From IMG/VR virus record IMGVR_UViG_3300025137_000180, positions 1 to 29,842 of that record: a stretch of DNA of 29,842 nt; one strand, 5' to 3'. This DNA is from a virus. Taxonomy: Duplodnaviria; Caudoviricetes. The notes beneath the pieces were generated by a model that made no database searches, had not been told where the DNA came from, and saw nothing but the letters and a program-made list of their open reading frames with translations. Below, one piece after another: positions 7,967 to 15,765 of the stretch (position 1 is the stretch's first letter; each line of letters opens with the position of its first letter). The translations under genes and the position numbers were made by a program.

Positions 7967-10118
7967 CCTCTTCATAATCAATATCGAATGGTTCGGTGAC
8001 ATTTATTATCCAGATCTTACCACTTCCTTTGCCCACAGATTTTATGGGTCTAGTAGTTTTACTAGTCCTACCCACATCTTCTAAGTGTGACAACCCGTTC
8101 CGTATGAAGTCTATCTTATTAGAAGCCCCTAACGGTCTCCCCCCATTATAAGAATGCAATGCGACTTGGAGTTCTAGTATTGTCCCCCGCCACGAAGCCA
8201 TCTTCTCATTATGTTGTCTACAAGCTTTTGAAAAGAAATCAACTAGCTCAGACACTTGAGATCTACTTGAGTTGTCAAACGCGGCATAAGAAATACTTCG
8301 ATCTATAAAGCTCTTAATACCAAATCTATCATCATCTAATATCTCTACTGGGGGCTTCCAATCCATCAGCCACTTAGCTAAGTGAGGCAACTCTTGTGCA
8401 ATAGTTGATTCTAGTTCTTCTTTATTGGGGAATGTAAATGGTTCCGTGCAAACTCTAAACGCCATGAGTTTGTCTTTATTACTTGAGTCCATTGTAGGAA
8501 GAACACTCATTGAGTTTGGGTCATCGTTAAGACTTACTATAATCCTACCCGCCCAAGGAAGTGTCACGGCATCTGAGTATTTTGCCATGAATTCAATTCT
8601 TGGGTTCGCCACACCTCGTTTGATTAGCTCAGTAGCTTTTCGTTGATCTTGGAAAGACGCTGCGCTGACTGTGTCATCGATGACCCAACAAGCCGCACGA
8701 CCCAAGTCTTTATTGAATTTTGTTCCTCCTGATAGGTAGTCACTCGCATCTGCAAAACCCCCAACTAAAGCAGCTATTATCTTGTTCGACAAAAGAGTTT
8801 TACCCCTCTTAGCGGGACCGACCAGAATACAAGCTTGCCCTTGGGCTTCTTTATTCCAATAGAACGCTTTGTAATACCGTTGGAGCCAACCCAAGAAATA
8901 ATACTTACTCCGAATACTGGTTGAGTCTACAAAGAACTGATCAAAAAATCTGTTCAAAAAAGGCCAATTACTAATATCCCCATCCGCAGCGGGTTCTATG
9001 GGGCGCACTGTTGCCGAGTTAAGTATTTGTAATCCGTTGTAGGATACGATCCTTTCGTTCCGCCGGAACACAACAGGAGCTATTTCATCTATCCTATTTG
9101 TGTTACTAATCAGGACGATAGCCGCTTCAACTTCTGAGACGTTCTCCCCCTTTTTTGGTCTACCCCCTTTAAAGCCTCTCTGACGAAGCTCCAAGACTAA
9201 TTGATCTCGGGGGATCGGTTTAGCCGTTCCACCAAGCTGTTTAAAAAATTGTCTACCGTTGAACCAATACTCATCGAGGAGATCCCCCATTTTCTGTTCT
9301 TCAAAGTCTTTAACAAAATCAGGACCGAAGATATCTCTCCATGTTTTCCAAGCGAGATCGCGATCCGAATACACGACCATCCCATCTTCAAATACCTGAC
9401 ACCCCTCCCTGTCGATACCATCATCGATCCAAAACAACGGGCCTCGTGACCCCACTTCAAACTCTCCTATCCATCTATTTGGGAATTTTTTCTCTACCTC
9501 TTCGGAAACTATTTCAATTGGGATGGAAGTATCTTTAGACTCGGGTGGTTTTTCTTGTGCCGCTTTAAACAAAGCTGTTTGAGCCACACAGCTAGGAATC
9601 TTACCCCCCATGTTTACCCAGTCTGTTCCAATTTCCATTAACTGGGACGGAGACTCAGACTTCTTATCGTAACCCGCAAAGATTTTTTGATACTGGAGAG
9701 CTTGTTTAAGATACTTAAAGAACCCCGCTACCAAAGTGTGGTGGATAGAAAGAGTCTCCTCTAATTCAAAGAACAACCTGATGTAGCCACTGTATGTCCG
9801 GCAATACCAAGCGGGTAAAGCTTTAGGGCATTTTGCTCTGATGATGTCTTGTACATTAGGCCAATCGGGTGGTGCGTCGAAGTCTGCTGGGATCGAGTGA
9901 ATTTTGCATATCTTGTTTTCTCCTTCGATCCTTGCGTTGGGGTTAATCCCTTCAAAGCCTGTTAAGAATGCGTGATCTGTATCACTTTTAGCACACCACT
10001 CTCGGTATAAAGCTTTGGATTTAAAGGGTGGTATGGGGTTTACATCGATCTCTGTTGGATCATTTACGGTTATTAAAGCGTCTTTTGATTTTAAGTTTTT
10101 GAGGTATTTAATTTTCAT
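7941..10118 (-). CDS. Primase-helicase (AEP-like primase fused to SF3/DUF5906-like NTPase)
   Basis: N-terminal IPADFD (DxD), TYSGYIRLFF and YD motifs. C-terminal Walker A GPAKRGKT, Walker B WVIDD and motif C IIVSLND. Adjacent to DNA polymerase. Confidence 0.8.
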   Translation of the reverse strand: MKIKYLKNLKSKDALITVNDPTEIDVNPIPPFKSKALYREWCAKSDTDHAFLTGFEGINPNARIEGENKICKIHSIPADFDAPPDWPNVQDIIRAKCPKALPAWYCRTYSGYIRLFFELEETLSIHHTLVAGFFKYLKQALQYQKIFAGYDKKSESPSQLMEIGTDWVNMGGKIPSCVAQTALFKAAQEKPPESKDTSIPIEIVSEEVEKKFPNRWIGEFEVGSRGPLFWIDDGIDREGCQVFEDGMVVYSDRDLAWKTWRDIFGPDFVKDFEEQKMGDLLDEYWFNGRQFFKQLGGTAKPIPRDQLVLELRQRGFKGGRPKKGENVSEVEAAIVLISNTNRIDEIAPVVFRRNERIVSYNGLQILNSATVRPIEPAADGDISNWPFLNRFFDQFFVDSTSIRSKYYFLGWLQRYYKAFYWNKEAQGQACILVGPAKRGKTLLSNKIIAALVGGFADASDYLSGGTKFNKDLGRAACWVIDDTVSAASFQDQRKATELIKRGVANPRIEFMAKYSDAVTLPWAGRIIVSLNDDPNSMSVLPTMDSSNKDKLMAFRVCTEPFTFPNKEELESTIAQELPHLAKWLMDWKPPVEILDDDRFGIKSFIDRSISYAAFDNSSRSQVSELVDFFSKACRQHNEKMASWRGTILELQVALHSYNGGRPLGASNKIDFIRNGLSHLEDVGRTSKTTRPIKSVGKGSGKIWIINVTEPFDIDYEEVTLENQPF

Positions 10119-11908
10119 TTTTCATATCTAGTTTGTATTGATCCTTCAGCAGCCACGGGTATATCTGAAATCCACTCTGGGGGTTCCGACATAATCTTAA
10201 TCACATTGTGTAACACTTCCTCCGCTTCATCAGCGTCAGCTTCAACAACCATCTCATCGTGAACGTGCATGACAATCTTGTATCCAGCTTTATCAACTCT
10301 TAGAAGCATATCCGAGAAAATATCTCGTGCTAATGCTTGTGATGCGTTCTCCGCGACTAACCCTCCCCATAGTCTTACGGGAACATATTTACCATGTCTA
10401 GGGACTTTAGCTGTGTATTGAACATTATTTGGATCGCCACCTGTTTGTAGTGTCCCGTAGTCTAAAACTCTACCACTGGGGAGATCGACTGTAAATCTAG
10501 AGTGTAGCCTGTTTCCCTCTGCATCATATCCTCCGGTAACACTCACCGATCCTTTGATGTCTTCACTATATTCATACCAAAGGCGTTTTATTTTTTTCAT
10601 CTTGTGCCGATAAGTATCCACTCTTTTTTGAGCCTCCTCTTCGGTAATAGAAGACATACTCGAAAATCGTTTAGCCCCTGCCCCATACCCGCAACCTAAC
10701 ACCATTGCTTTTACGGCGTGTCTTTTTTCGGGGTTTTCTTTTTTAAGTATTCCTTTTTCTTCATCCCACATCCCAAATCGAATAGCAAACGCCTCATATA
10801 TATCGTCTGTGTTTTTAATCTCCTCCATCATTTCGCGATCTTTAGCTAACCAGCAAAGTGTTCGGACTTCAATCTGAGAAAGGTCTACCACGATTAATTT
10901 TTTGTCAGGTTGAGGACAAATCAAATGTCTCAAGTTCACACCAAACATCCCCTCTCTAGGTAAGTTCTGGAGATTTAAGTTACCGCCAGACCCACTGAAT
11001 CTCCCTGTGTGAGCGCCAAAATACATACACCCACCGTAGTATCGACCATCTGGCATGGTCGCATAATCGAAGCTTTCTAACTTCTTTTTAATGGAGTTGA
11101 TCCTACGCCAGCTTTTAACGGCCCCGATCCATTGGTGTTTTTCACTATGTTCTGCAATCCATTTTTGAGCATCTTCATCTGCTTCGGCAAGACTGTGTGG
11201 TGGGGTAATACCAAGTAATAAACATTGTTGATCAAAAGCTGCTCTGCTCAAAAGAGGTTTCTCATCCAACCACGGAATGTTTTCTTCAGCTTCAAACAAA
11301 GCTTTGTTGATCGTTTCTAACTGAGTCTTTAAAAGGTCTGTGTCAATTGGAATGCCCCGCTGAACTATCCTTCTATTCACTCGGCTGATGTCCCTCTCAA
11401 ATTGGGGCCAATAATCTTTAAGAGACTCCCATAACTTGAGGCATAACTCACTGTCTTTGAGGGCATACTCACTAACCTCTTTCTGAAACTCTGGGGACAT
11501 ATCCTCCCATCTCTTACCAGACATATTATCTCGCGTAGACTTATCTACTGTGAGATTGAAGAGTTGAGCCGTGGAACCTTTAAGTGATCTGGGTAGCTTG
11601 CAATATGCGGCAAGATCTGCTGTGCAGTGCCATTCTGCTGGCTCACAGTTATCCCACCAGTTTTGGGATACACCATACAGGAACAAGGTTTCATCAAAAG
11701 ATGCGTTGTGTGATAGGACAACATTGCCGTCCAACAAACTCCAATCAAAGTCTTTAGGGTGGCCAACAAAATTTGTCCCCTCTGTTCCAACAACTGATAC
11801 CATGTAAGCATCAAAGTTGGGGTGGCTGAAATACCCCAAAACTCCTAGAGTTCTTATGGAGCATTCCTTGTCATAATAAGTTTCGTAATCTATCGCGAAA
11901 GTATTCAT
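10115..11908 (-). CDS. polA: DNA polymerase family A (3'-5' exonuclease + polymerase, no 5'-3' exonuclease)
   Basis: ExoI AIDYET, ExoII HNASFD, ExoIII YALKD; HTGRFSG...NLQNLPR; motif A DLSQIEVR, motif B RHAVKAMVLGCGYG, motif C HVHDE. Confidence 0.95.
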   Translation of the reverse strand: MNTFAIDYETYYDKECSIRTLGVLGYFSHPNFDAYMVSVVGTEGTNFVGHPKDFDWSLLDGNVVLSHNASFDETLFLYGVSQNWWDNCEPAEWHCTADLAAYCKLPRSLKGSTAQLFNLTVDKSTRDNMSGKRWEDMSPEFQKEVSEYALKDSELCLKLWESLKDYWPQFERDISRVNRRIVQRGIPIDTDLLKTQLETINKALFEAEENIPWLDEKPLLSRAAFDQQCLLLGITPPHSLAEADEDAQKWIAEHSEKHQWIGAVKSWRRINSIKKKLESFDYATMPDGRYYGGCMYFGAHTGRFSGSGGNLNLQNLPREGMFGVNLRHLICPQPDKKLIVVDLSQIEVRTLCWLAKDREMMEEIKNTDDIYEAFAIRFGMWDEEKGILKKENPEKRHAVKAMVLGCGYGAGAKRFSSMSSITEEEAQKRVDTYRHKMKKIKRLWYEYSEDIKGSVSVTGGYDAEGNRLHSRFTVDLPSGRVLDYGTLQTGGDPNNVQYTAKVPRHGKYVPVRLWGGLVAENASQALARDIFSDMLLRVDKAGYKIVMHVHDEMVVEADADEAEEVLHNVIKIMSEPPEWISDIPVAAEGSIQTRYEK

Positions 11909-11922
11909 AGTATATGTATAGA

Positions 11923-12032
11923 GTTACCCCACCCCCCAAAGGATGAAAAAAGAGGGTGGGGTATGTATCGGGCTTTTATGCGATTACCCAAAGGCGGATG
12001 ATTCACCAGCGCCAATTAACGCCGCCGCATTA
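11923..12032 (-). other. Candidate structured RNA in the polA leader (pseudoknot plus GC-rich hairpin)
   Basis: Minus strand reads AUGCG-GCGG...CCGC-C-UUUGGGU-AAU-CGCAU-AAAA-GCCCGA, then the hairpin UACCCCACCCUC/GGGGGUGGGGUA. The G-U pairs form only on the minus strand. Confidence 0.45.
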
Positions 12033-12033
12033 C

Positions 12034-12231
12034 CTAATTTTTTTCCTCAAGTAACAATTCAGTTTCCTTGTGGAGATCCTTTAAATTTTGCTCAAGACCC
12101 CCTAAGAGAAGTCTGTTCGCAATAATTGCCGTTTCTGTGCTTTTGAGAACTGATTCCAAATCAACAATGCTTTTTTTCATCGCCTCAATTTCAGTCTCAA
12201 ACACTTCTTGTGGGGTTATATCTATGTTCAT
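12034..12231 (-). CDS. Small coiled-coil hypothetical protein, 65 aa
   Basis: ATG at 12231, just after the upstream stop, is preferred. Heptad-like pattern FETEIEAMKKSIVDLESVLK...LEQNLKDL. Confidence 0.6.
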   Translation of the reverse strand: MNIDITPQEVFETEIEAMKKSIVDLESVLKSTETAIIANRLLLGGLEQNLKDLHKETELLLEEKN

Positions 12232-12232
12232 A

Positions 12233-12892
12233 TTACTGATTGATAAAACCCTCCACAAAGGAAACTACTTCTTCGCTAGGCTCCTCTTGCGTAATCGTAA
12301 GAGAAGGCGCGAACCACGAATATTTCCCCCTAGTGATGGCAGAAGAAGTTAAATTCCACAGTCTGGTGTGAATCGGAGTCTTCTTATTAAAGACGGCAAA
12401 CGTAGCTAACCTTTTAAAGGTCTGCCTGTAGGCATCCTTAGCTACGTTGATTCTCCCCATCGCATAGTTTTTCTTACCGAGCGGTAGGGGAAAAGCCTCA
12501 ACATCATCCTCATTACCTTCAAAAAGGAATGTGATCTCAGCAAATTCAAGGAGGTTATACTCACTATCCAAAGCTAATTGATTTTTTTCTGCTTCTGACC
12601 CCGCAATCCGTGGGACATCATCCGAGTCATATGGGATATCCTCACGCCACTGTTTAGTTGCAATCAAAGGAATAACTTTGATTGGGGTTTCGGGTTGAGA
12701 CAAAACAATGGATTTGTCTAATACAAGTGACCCGTAAGGAGCGGGTTCCCCATCGCGACAAGTAATGTCGCTTGTTTTTTGGACCACGTTGATGCGAGGG
12801 ATATCAATATCCGATGCGTCGATAGTATCTGGCAAGGCTCCTGTAGAAAGTGCGTTGGCAGATTCAGTGGCTAATTCATTTTTTTTACTCAT
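12233..12892 (-). CDS. Putative single-stranded DNA-binding/annealing protein
   Basis: N-terminal DIDIPRINVVQKTS motif, aromatic beta-strand C-terminus (KYSWFAP), acidic overall. It sits between the DUF2800-like nuclease and PolA, where such modules usually carry an SSB. Confidence 0.5.
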   Translation of the reverse strand: MSKKNELATESANALSTGALPDTIDASDIDIPRINVVQKTSDITCRDGEPAPYGSLVLDKSIVLSQPETPIKVIPLIATKQWREDIPYDSDDVPRIAGSEAEKNQLALDSEYNLLEFAEITFLFEGNEDDVEAFPLPLGKKNYAMGRINVAKDAYRQTFKRLATFAVFNKKTPIHTRLWNLTSSAITRGKYSWFAPSLTITQEEPSEEVVSFVEGFINQ

Positions 12893-12897
12893 TTTTT

Positions 12898-12920
12898 CTG
12901 GTTTCTAGTTTCTGGTTTCT
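12898..12920 (-). repeat. Heptamer tandem repeat (AGAAAC[C/T]) x3 upstream of the SSB-like start
   Basis: Minus strand: agaaacc agaaact agaaacc agaaaaaATG. Confidence 0.7.
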
Positions 12921-12930
12921 TTTTTTGTCC

Positions 12931-14040
12931 TCAAGATAATGTATGTCTTGGGGATGATTCTTCGATGATTGCATGGGACTGGCAGGTCTTAATAAAGGAC
13001 TCGGCCTTCGTTTTCTTCTGACCTCTTTCTGCCGTGTCACCAATGCTTTTGGCAATTTTGGCGAGGGGGATGGAAACGTGTTCTAAGACTTGTTCACTGT
13101 CCATCCCAAAGTCCTTAGCTAGTTCAATAAATTTTTTCTGGTCAGTAATGTTCCGCCTACCAGTCATTTTCTTTAGCCTTAGATTAGGGAACTCAACGCC
13201 CTCTTGCGCTAGTTTAATAGCCCTCTTCTTAAATCCATCAGCCCAATTCGTAACAATTTTTTGTATAGCCCATAACTGTTCAATAACTTCGGGGTCTGTT
13301 GTTGAGTCTAGATCAACATCAGGAAGTTGTGGGTTTATCTTTTTAGCTACTTCCACAACTAGACCACCTAGTGCGGGGCAAATATCTTCAAACTTGCAGA
13401 AGCGACAATTTACTGTTGGAGTCAATTCTTCTAGGCTGGGAGTCCCGTCTTCCCATTTGGGCCGGACTCGTTCAGCTTCCAGAATGACCGAGGAAAGATC
13501 ATCAATAAGATCTTCTAGTTCATCCCTTTTAAAGGTATCTTCTAAAATTTCGTTCCGTTGTGGGATAAAGAACACAAATGTAATTTCTTCCAACTCAGGG
13601 AATTTTTGAAAACACCCTATTGTATAAGCACGGGCTTGGTAATTATCTTTGGGTGTATCGATGACACTAATCCCCGTCTTGTAGTCTATTAAGACCCCTT
13701 CTTTCTTTCCGAAGATTGCGAGGTAGTCACAAGTTCCAAAAGTTGATGTCCCTTTTAATTCTATGTCTAAAACAATTTCTGAGTGCGTCTCATTACAGTC
13801 CTCGTAGTTTTTCAAATACTCCGTCTGATCTGCAATGATCTCTTCGTAGATTGAAATCTCTTGCTCACTCTGGAGATTGGAGGGGTCTAAAATTTCGATG
13901 GCTTCGTGGATACGAGTTCCCATCTCAGCAGCAGGATTTGTTCCTTCGCGACCTTTATATCCCGCACATCCCGCGCAGTATTTAAGTGAAGAGGGAGAAA
14001 ACTCTGCGTGTCCTCTATCAGCATGGTCTGGTGTTTTCAT
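12931..14040 (-). CDS. DUF2800 / Cas4-like PD-(D/E)xK exonuclease with probable Fe-S cluster
   Basis: HAEFSPSS...C, GTRIHE, GTCD, IDYKTG, YQARAY and CRFC.....C motifs. ATG at 14040 is preferred over the TTG at 14076. Confidence 0.85.
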   Translation of the reverse strand: MKTPDHADRGHAEFSPSSLKYCAGCAGYKGREGTNPAAEMGTRIHEAIEILDPSNLQSEQEISIYEEIIADQTEYLKNYEDCNETHSEIVLDIELKGTSTFGTCDYLAIFGKKEGVLIDYKTGISVIDTPKDNYQARAYTIGCFQKFPELEEITFVFFIPQRNEILEDTFKRDELEDLIDDLSSVILEAERVRPKWEDGTPSLEELTPTVNCRFCKFEDICPALGGLVVEVAKKINPQLPDVDLDSTTDPEVIEQLWAIQKIVTNWADGFKKRAIKLAQEGVEFPNLRLKKMTGRRNITDQKKFIELAKDFGMDSEQVLEHVSIPLAKIAKSIGDTAERGQKKTKAESFIKTCQSHAIIEESSPRHTLS

Positions 14041-14047
14041 CAGACGG

Positions 14048-14076
14048 ACTGTGGAACAGACCAGAAATTTGGTCAA
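14048..14076 (-). promoter_or_regulatory. Putative sigma70-type leaderless promoter (weak -10)
   Basis: TTGACC (14076-14071), 17 nt spacer, CACAGT (14053-14048); ATG is 7 nt downstream. The inverted repeat GACCA-N6-TGGTC overlaps the -35. Confidence 0.4.
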
Positions 14077-14085
14077 TAAGTTTTT

Positions 14086-14571
14086 TCAAGTTTTTTGTGT
14101 TTCCCTATAGTAGAGGGCAACAAGGAACGCATCAACCATCCCATCGTGAGCTTTTCGGCATCTCTTATTCTTTAACCAGCACTCTGCGGGGGCAAGATCT
14201 TCCGCTTTAGTGAGAGCAACTTGTTTAGTCATTCCTTTAGGTCGGAAGCCGAGCATAGTCTTCTGCCATTTGTGGACAGAAATTCTTTGAACATCGTAGT
14301 CATTGGCTTCAGCCATGCCCACAATTTTACCAAAAGAAAGCGCCATAGATCTTACTGCTTGAGAACTCTTTGCATGAGCGAGAGGTTCTTCAATAGCGAT
14401 TGTGAAGGGGGTGTTGAGAGATACGACCCATTCTTTAACAGCGCGAGTGTCTACCTCTCTTTTTTTAGCTACCCACTTCGTAGGCATCGCGATCTTGTCT
14501 ATGACAGATCCATCAAATTTAGAAACGGCACACAGACCCCCATCTAGTCCGTTATCAATTCCAATTATCAA
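14086..14571 (-). CDS. RuvC-like Holliday junction resolvase
   Basis: IIGIDNGLDGG, IAIEE, SFG, W.K and HDGMVDA acidic catalytic pattern of the RNase H fold. Confidence 0.85.
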   Translation of the reverse strand: MIIGIDNGLDGGLCAVSKFDGSVIDKIAMPTKWVAKKREVDTRAVKEWVVSLNTPFTIAIEEPLAHAKSSQAVRSMALSFGKIVGMAEANDYDVQRISVHKWQKTMLGFRPKGMTKQVALTKAEDLAPAECWLKNKRCRKAHDGMVDAFLVALYYRETQKT

Positions 14572-14804
14572 AACAAATTCAAAGTAATTATTAACCCGTT
14601 GCCTTCCGCAGGAGCATAAACAAATACATTTTTTGGTAAGGCTTGTAAAAAGAAAACTTCTTTAGCGTTCGATGGGTTGACTCGGTAGAAGGCTCCTTCA
14701 AGTTGCTTTATTGTGAAGTAGAAATCATTCTTCTGATAATCCTCTTTTCTAATGATTACTTTGGGGTTGCTGATAAGCTCTTTATTTCGGAATAAGTTCA
14801 TCAC
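14568..14804 (-). CDS. Hypothetical protein, 78 aa
   Basis: ORF is ATGA-coupled to both neighbours in the operon. Confidence 0.6.
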   Translation of the reverse strand: MMNLFRNKELISNPKVIIRKEDYQKNDFYFTIKQLEGAFYRVNPSNAKEVFFLQALPKNVFVYAPAEGNGLIITLNLF

Positions 14805-15130
14805 TTTTCTACGATACTAGTGTCTAAAAAACAGGGCGCACTTGGTCCTAAGTCTGCATCAATAAGTTGGGTCAAAGCGAACTTAGCATCCTCCGCCGTT
14901 AATCCATGCTCTTCTTGCAGTAAAGTGCTTGCAATAGAACTACTATAACAAGCTATGGGGGGTCCAGTAGCTAATTCAACAATACCAACTAGTGCTGGCT
15001 CAAGCTGGTGAAAAAATATTACTTCTGCAAAACCCGTCTCTCTGTAGTCATGTGAAGTCACAGACCTTTTATTATACGGATCTTTTTGAGGGTTGTAGTC
15101 CCAAGAGAAATTATCAAAGTTATTTATCAT
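14801..15130 (-). CDS. Hypothetical phage protein (start 15130 or 15139)
   Basis: Coupled ORF; LEPALVG...IACYS...EDA...LGPSAPCF resembles a frequently seen small phage protein of unknown function. Confidence 0.6.
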   Translation of the reverse strand: MINNFDNFSWDYNPQKDPYNKRSVTSHDYRETGFAEVIFFHQLEPALVGIVELATGPPIACYSSSIASTLLQEEHGLTAEDAKFALTQLIDADLGPSAPCFLDTSIVEK

Positions 15131-15710
15131 TGGATTCAATATCTATCACAGTCCCATTACCCCTATCCGCTTTTTTATTATTTAGAATAGAAATATCAAT
15201 CTGCATCCTACTCGACCCTCCCCCTGTCTTAGAGTTAAGACCTAAGTTTCTTCGGATAAGCTGATCTAATTCAGAAAGTTCACGTACATTCTTTGGGCCT
15301 TTTAAGTTATTCATGTTGTCCCGAAGAAGTTTAATTCCGGCTGCTGCGATGTAGTGCTGATATTTCTCAGCGGGACTACTTTGACTTTCAGCGATCTCCA
15401 TCATCGTCTCATCCTCTTCTAAGCGAGCATCATGCTTTGCTCTGAGAACCGCTTCATCTGTCATGTTCTCCAAGTTCTGTTCAATCTTATCCCCCAACTC
15501 ATCGACAGGTTTTTCCTCTGTCTCGATGTCTTCGGTCTTAACAGTCATATCCAACCCGTTGTTTCTGGCTGGAATTCCTTTCTTTTTGAACCATCTTCTA
15601 ACCGTCCCCGCATGAACCCCCAACTCTTTGGCAATAGAACTTGTTTTCCAATCTAAATTGTAGAGTTGGATGGCACGGTCTTGAATGTCTTGTTTGGAAT
15701 TGATACCCAT
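15120..15710 (-). CDS. HTH DNA-binding protein, probable terminase small subunit
   Basis: N-terminal HTH (AIQLYNLDWKTSSIAKELGVHAGTVRRW), helical core (PKNVRELSELDQLIRRNLGL) and C-terminal strand MQIDISIL. Adjacent to terL but on the opposite strand. Confidence 0.55.
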   Translation of the reverse strand: MGINSKQDIQDRAIQLYNLDWKTSSIAKELGVHAGTVRRWFKKKGIPARNNGLDMTVKTEDIETEEKPVDELGDKIEQNLENMTDEAVLRAKHDARLEEDETMMEIAESQSSPAEKYQHYIAAAGIKLLRDNMNNLKGPKNVRELSELDQLIRRNLGLNSKTGGGSSRMQIDISILNNKKADRGNGTVIDIESNDK

Positions 15711-15728
15711 TTTTTTCTGTTCTATTGT
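15700..15728 (+). promoter_or_regulatory. Putative rightward promoter for terL
   Basis: TTGATA (15700-15705), 17 nt spacer, TATTGT (15723-15728); ATG at 15740. Confidence 0.5.
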
Positions 15729-15736
15729 TTTTAATA

Positions 15737-15765
15737 ATTATGGCTTTAAAAGAAGAAAGGAGCAA
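15737..15765 (-). promoter_or_regulatory. Putative leftward promoter for the HTH/replication operon
   Basis: TTGCTC (15765-15760), 17 nt spacer, CATAAT (15742-15737). The -10 overlaps the terL start codon. Confidence 0.5.

Noticed and set aside
11909-12033. tRNA or known ribozyme/riboswitch in the polA upstream gap
   Set aside because: No cloverleaf or T-loop GTTC motif, and no match by eye to twister, pistol, hammerhead, preQ1 or SAM consensus sequences. Kept only as an unnamed candidate structure.
11943-12352. + strand ORFs 11943..12125 and 12068..12352
   Set aside because: They are antisense to the replication operon and overlap better-supported minus-strand features, with no recognisable coding signal.
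13034-13609. 191-aa + strand ORF and similar antisense ORFs inside primase, terL and the giant gene
   Set aside because: They lie entirely opposite well-supported genes, have Ser/Leu/Phe-rich shadow composition and show no motifs.
12931-14040. Cas4-like gene as evidence of a CRISPR-Cas system
   Set aside because: No cas1/cas2 and no repeat-spacer array. DUF2800/Cas4-like nucleases are routine members of phage PolA replication modules.
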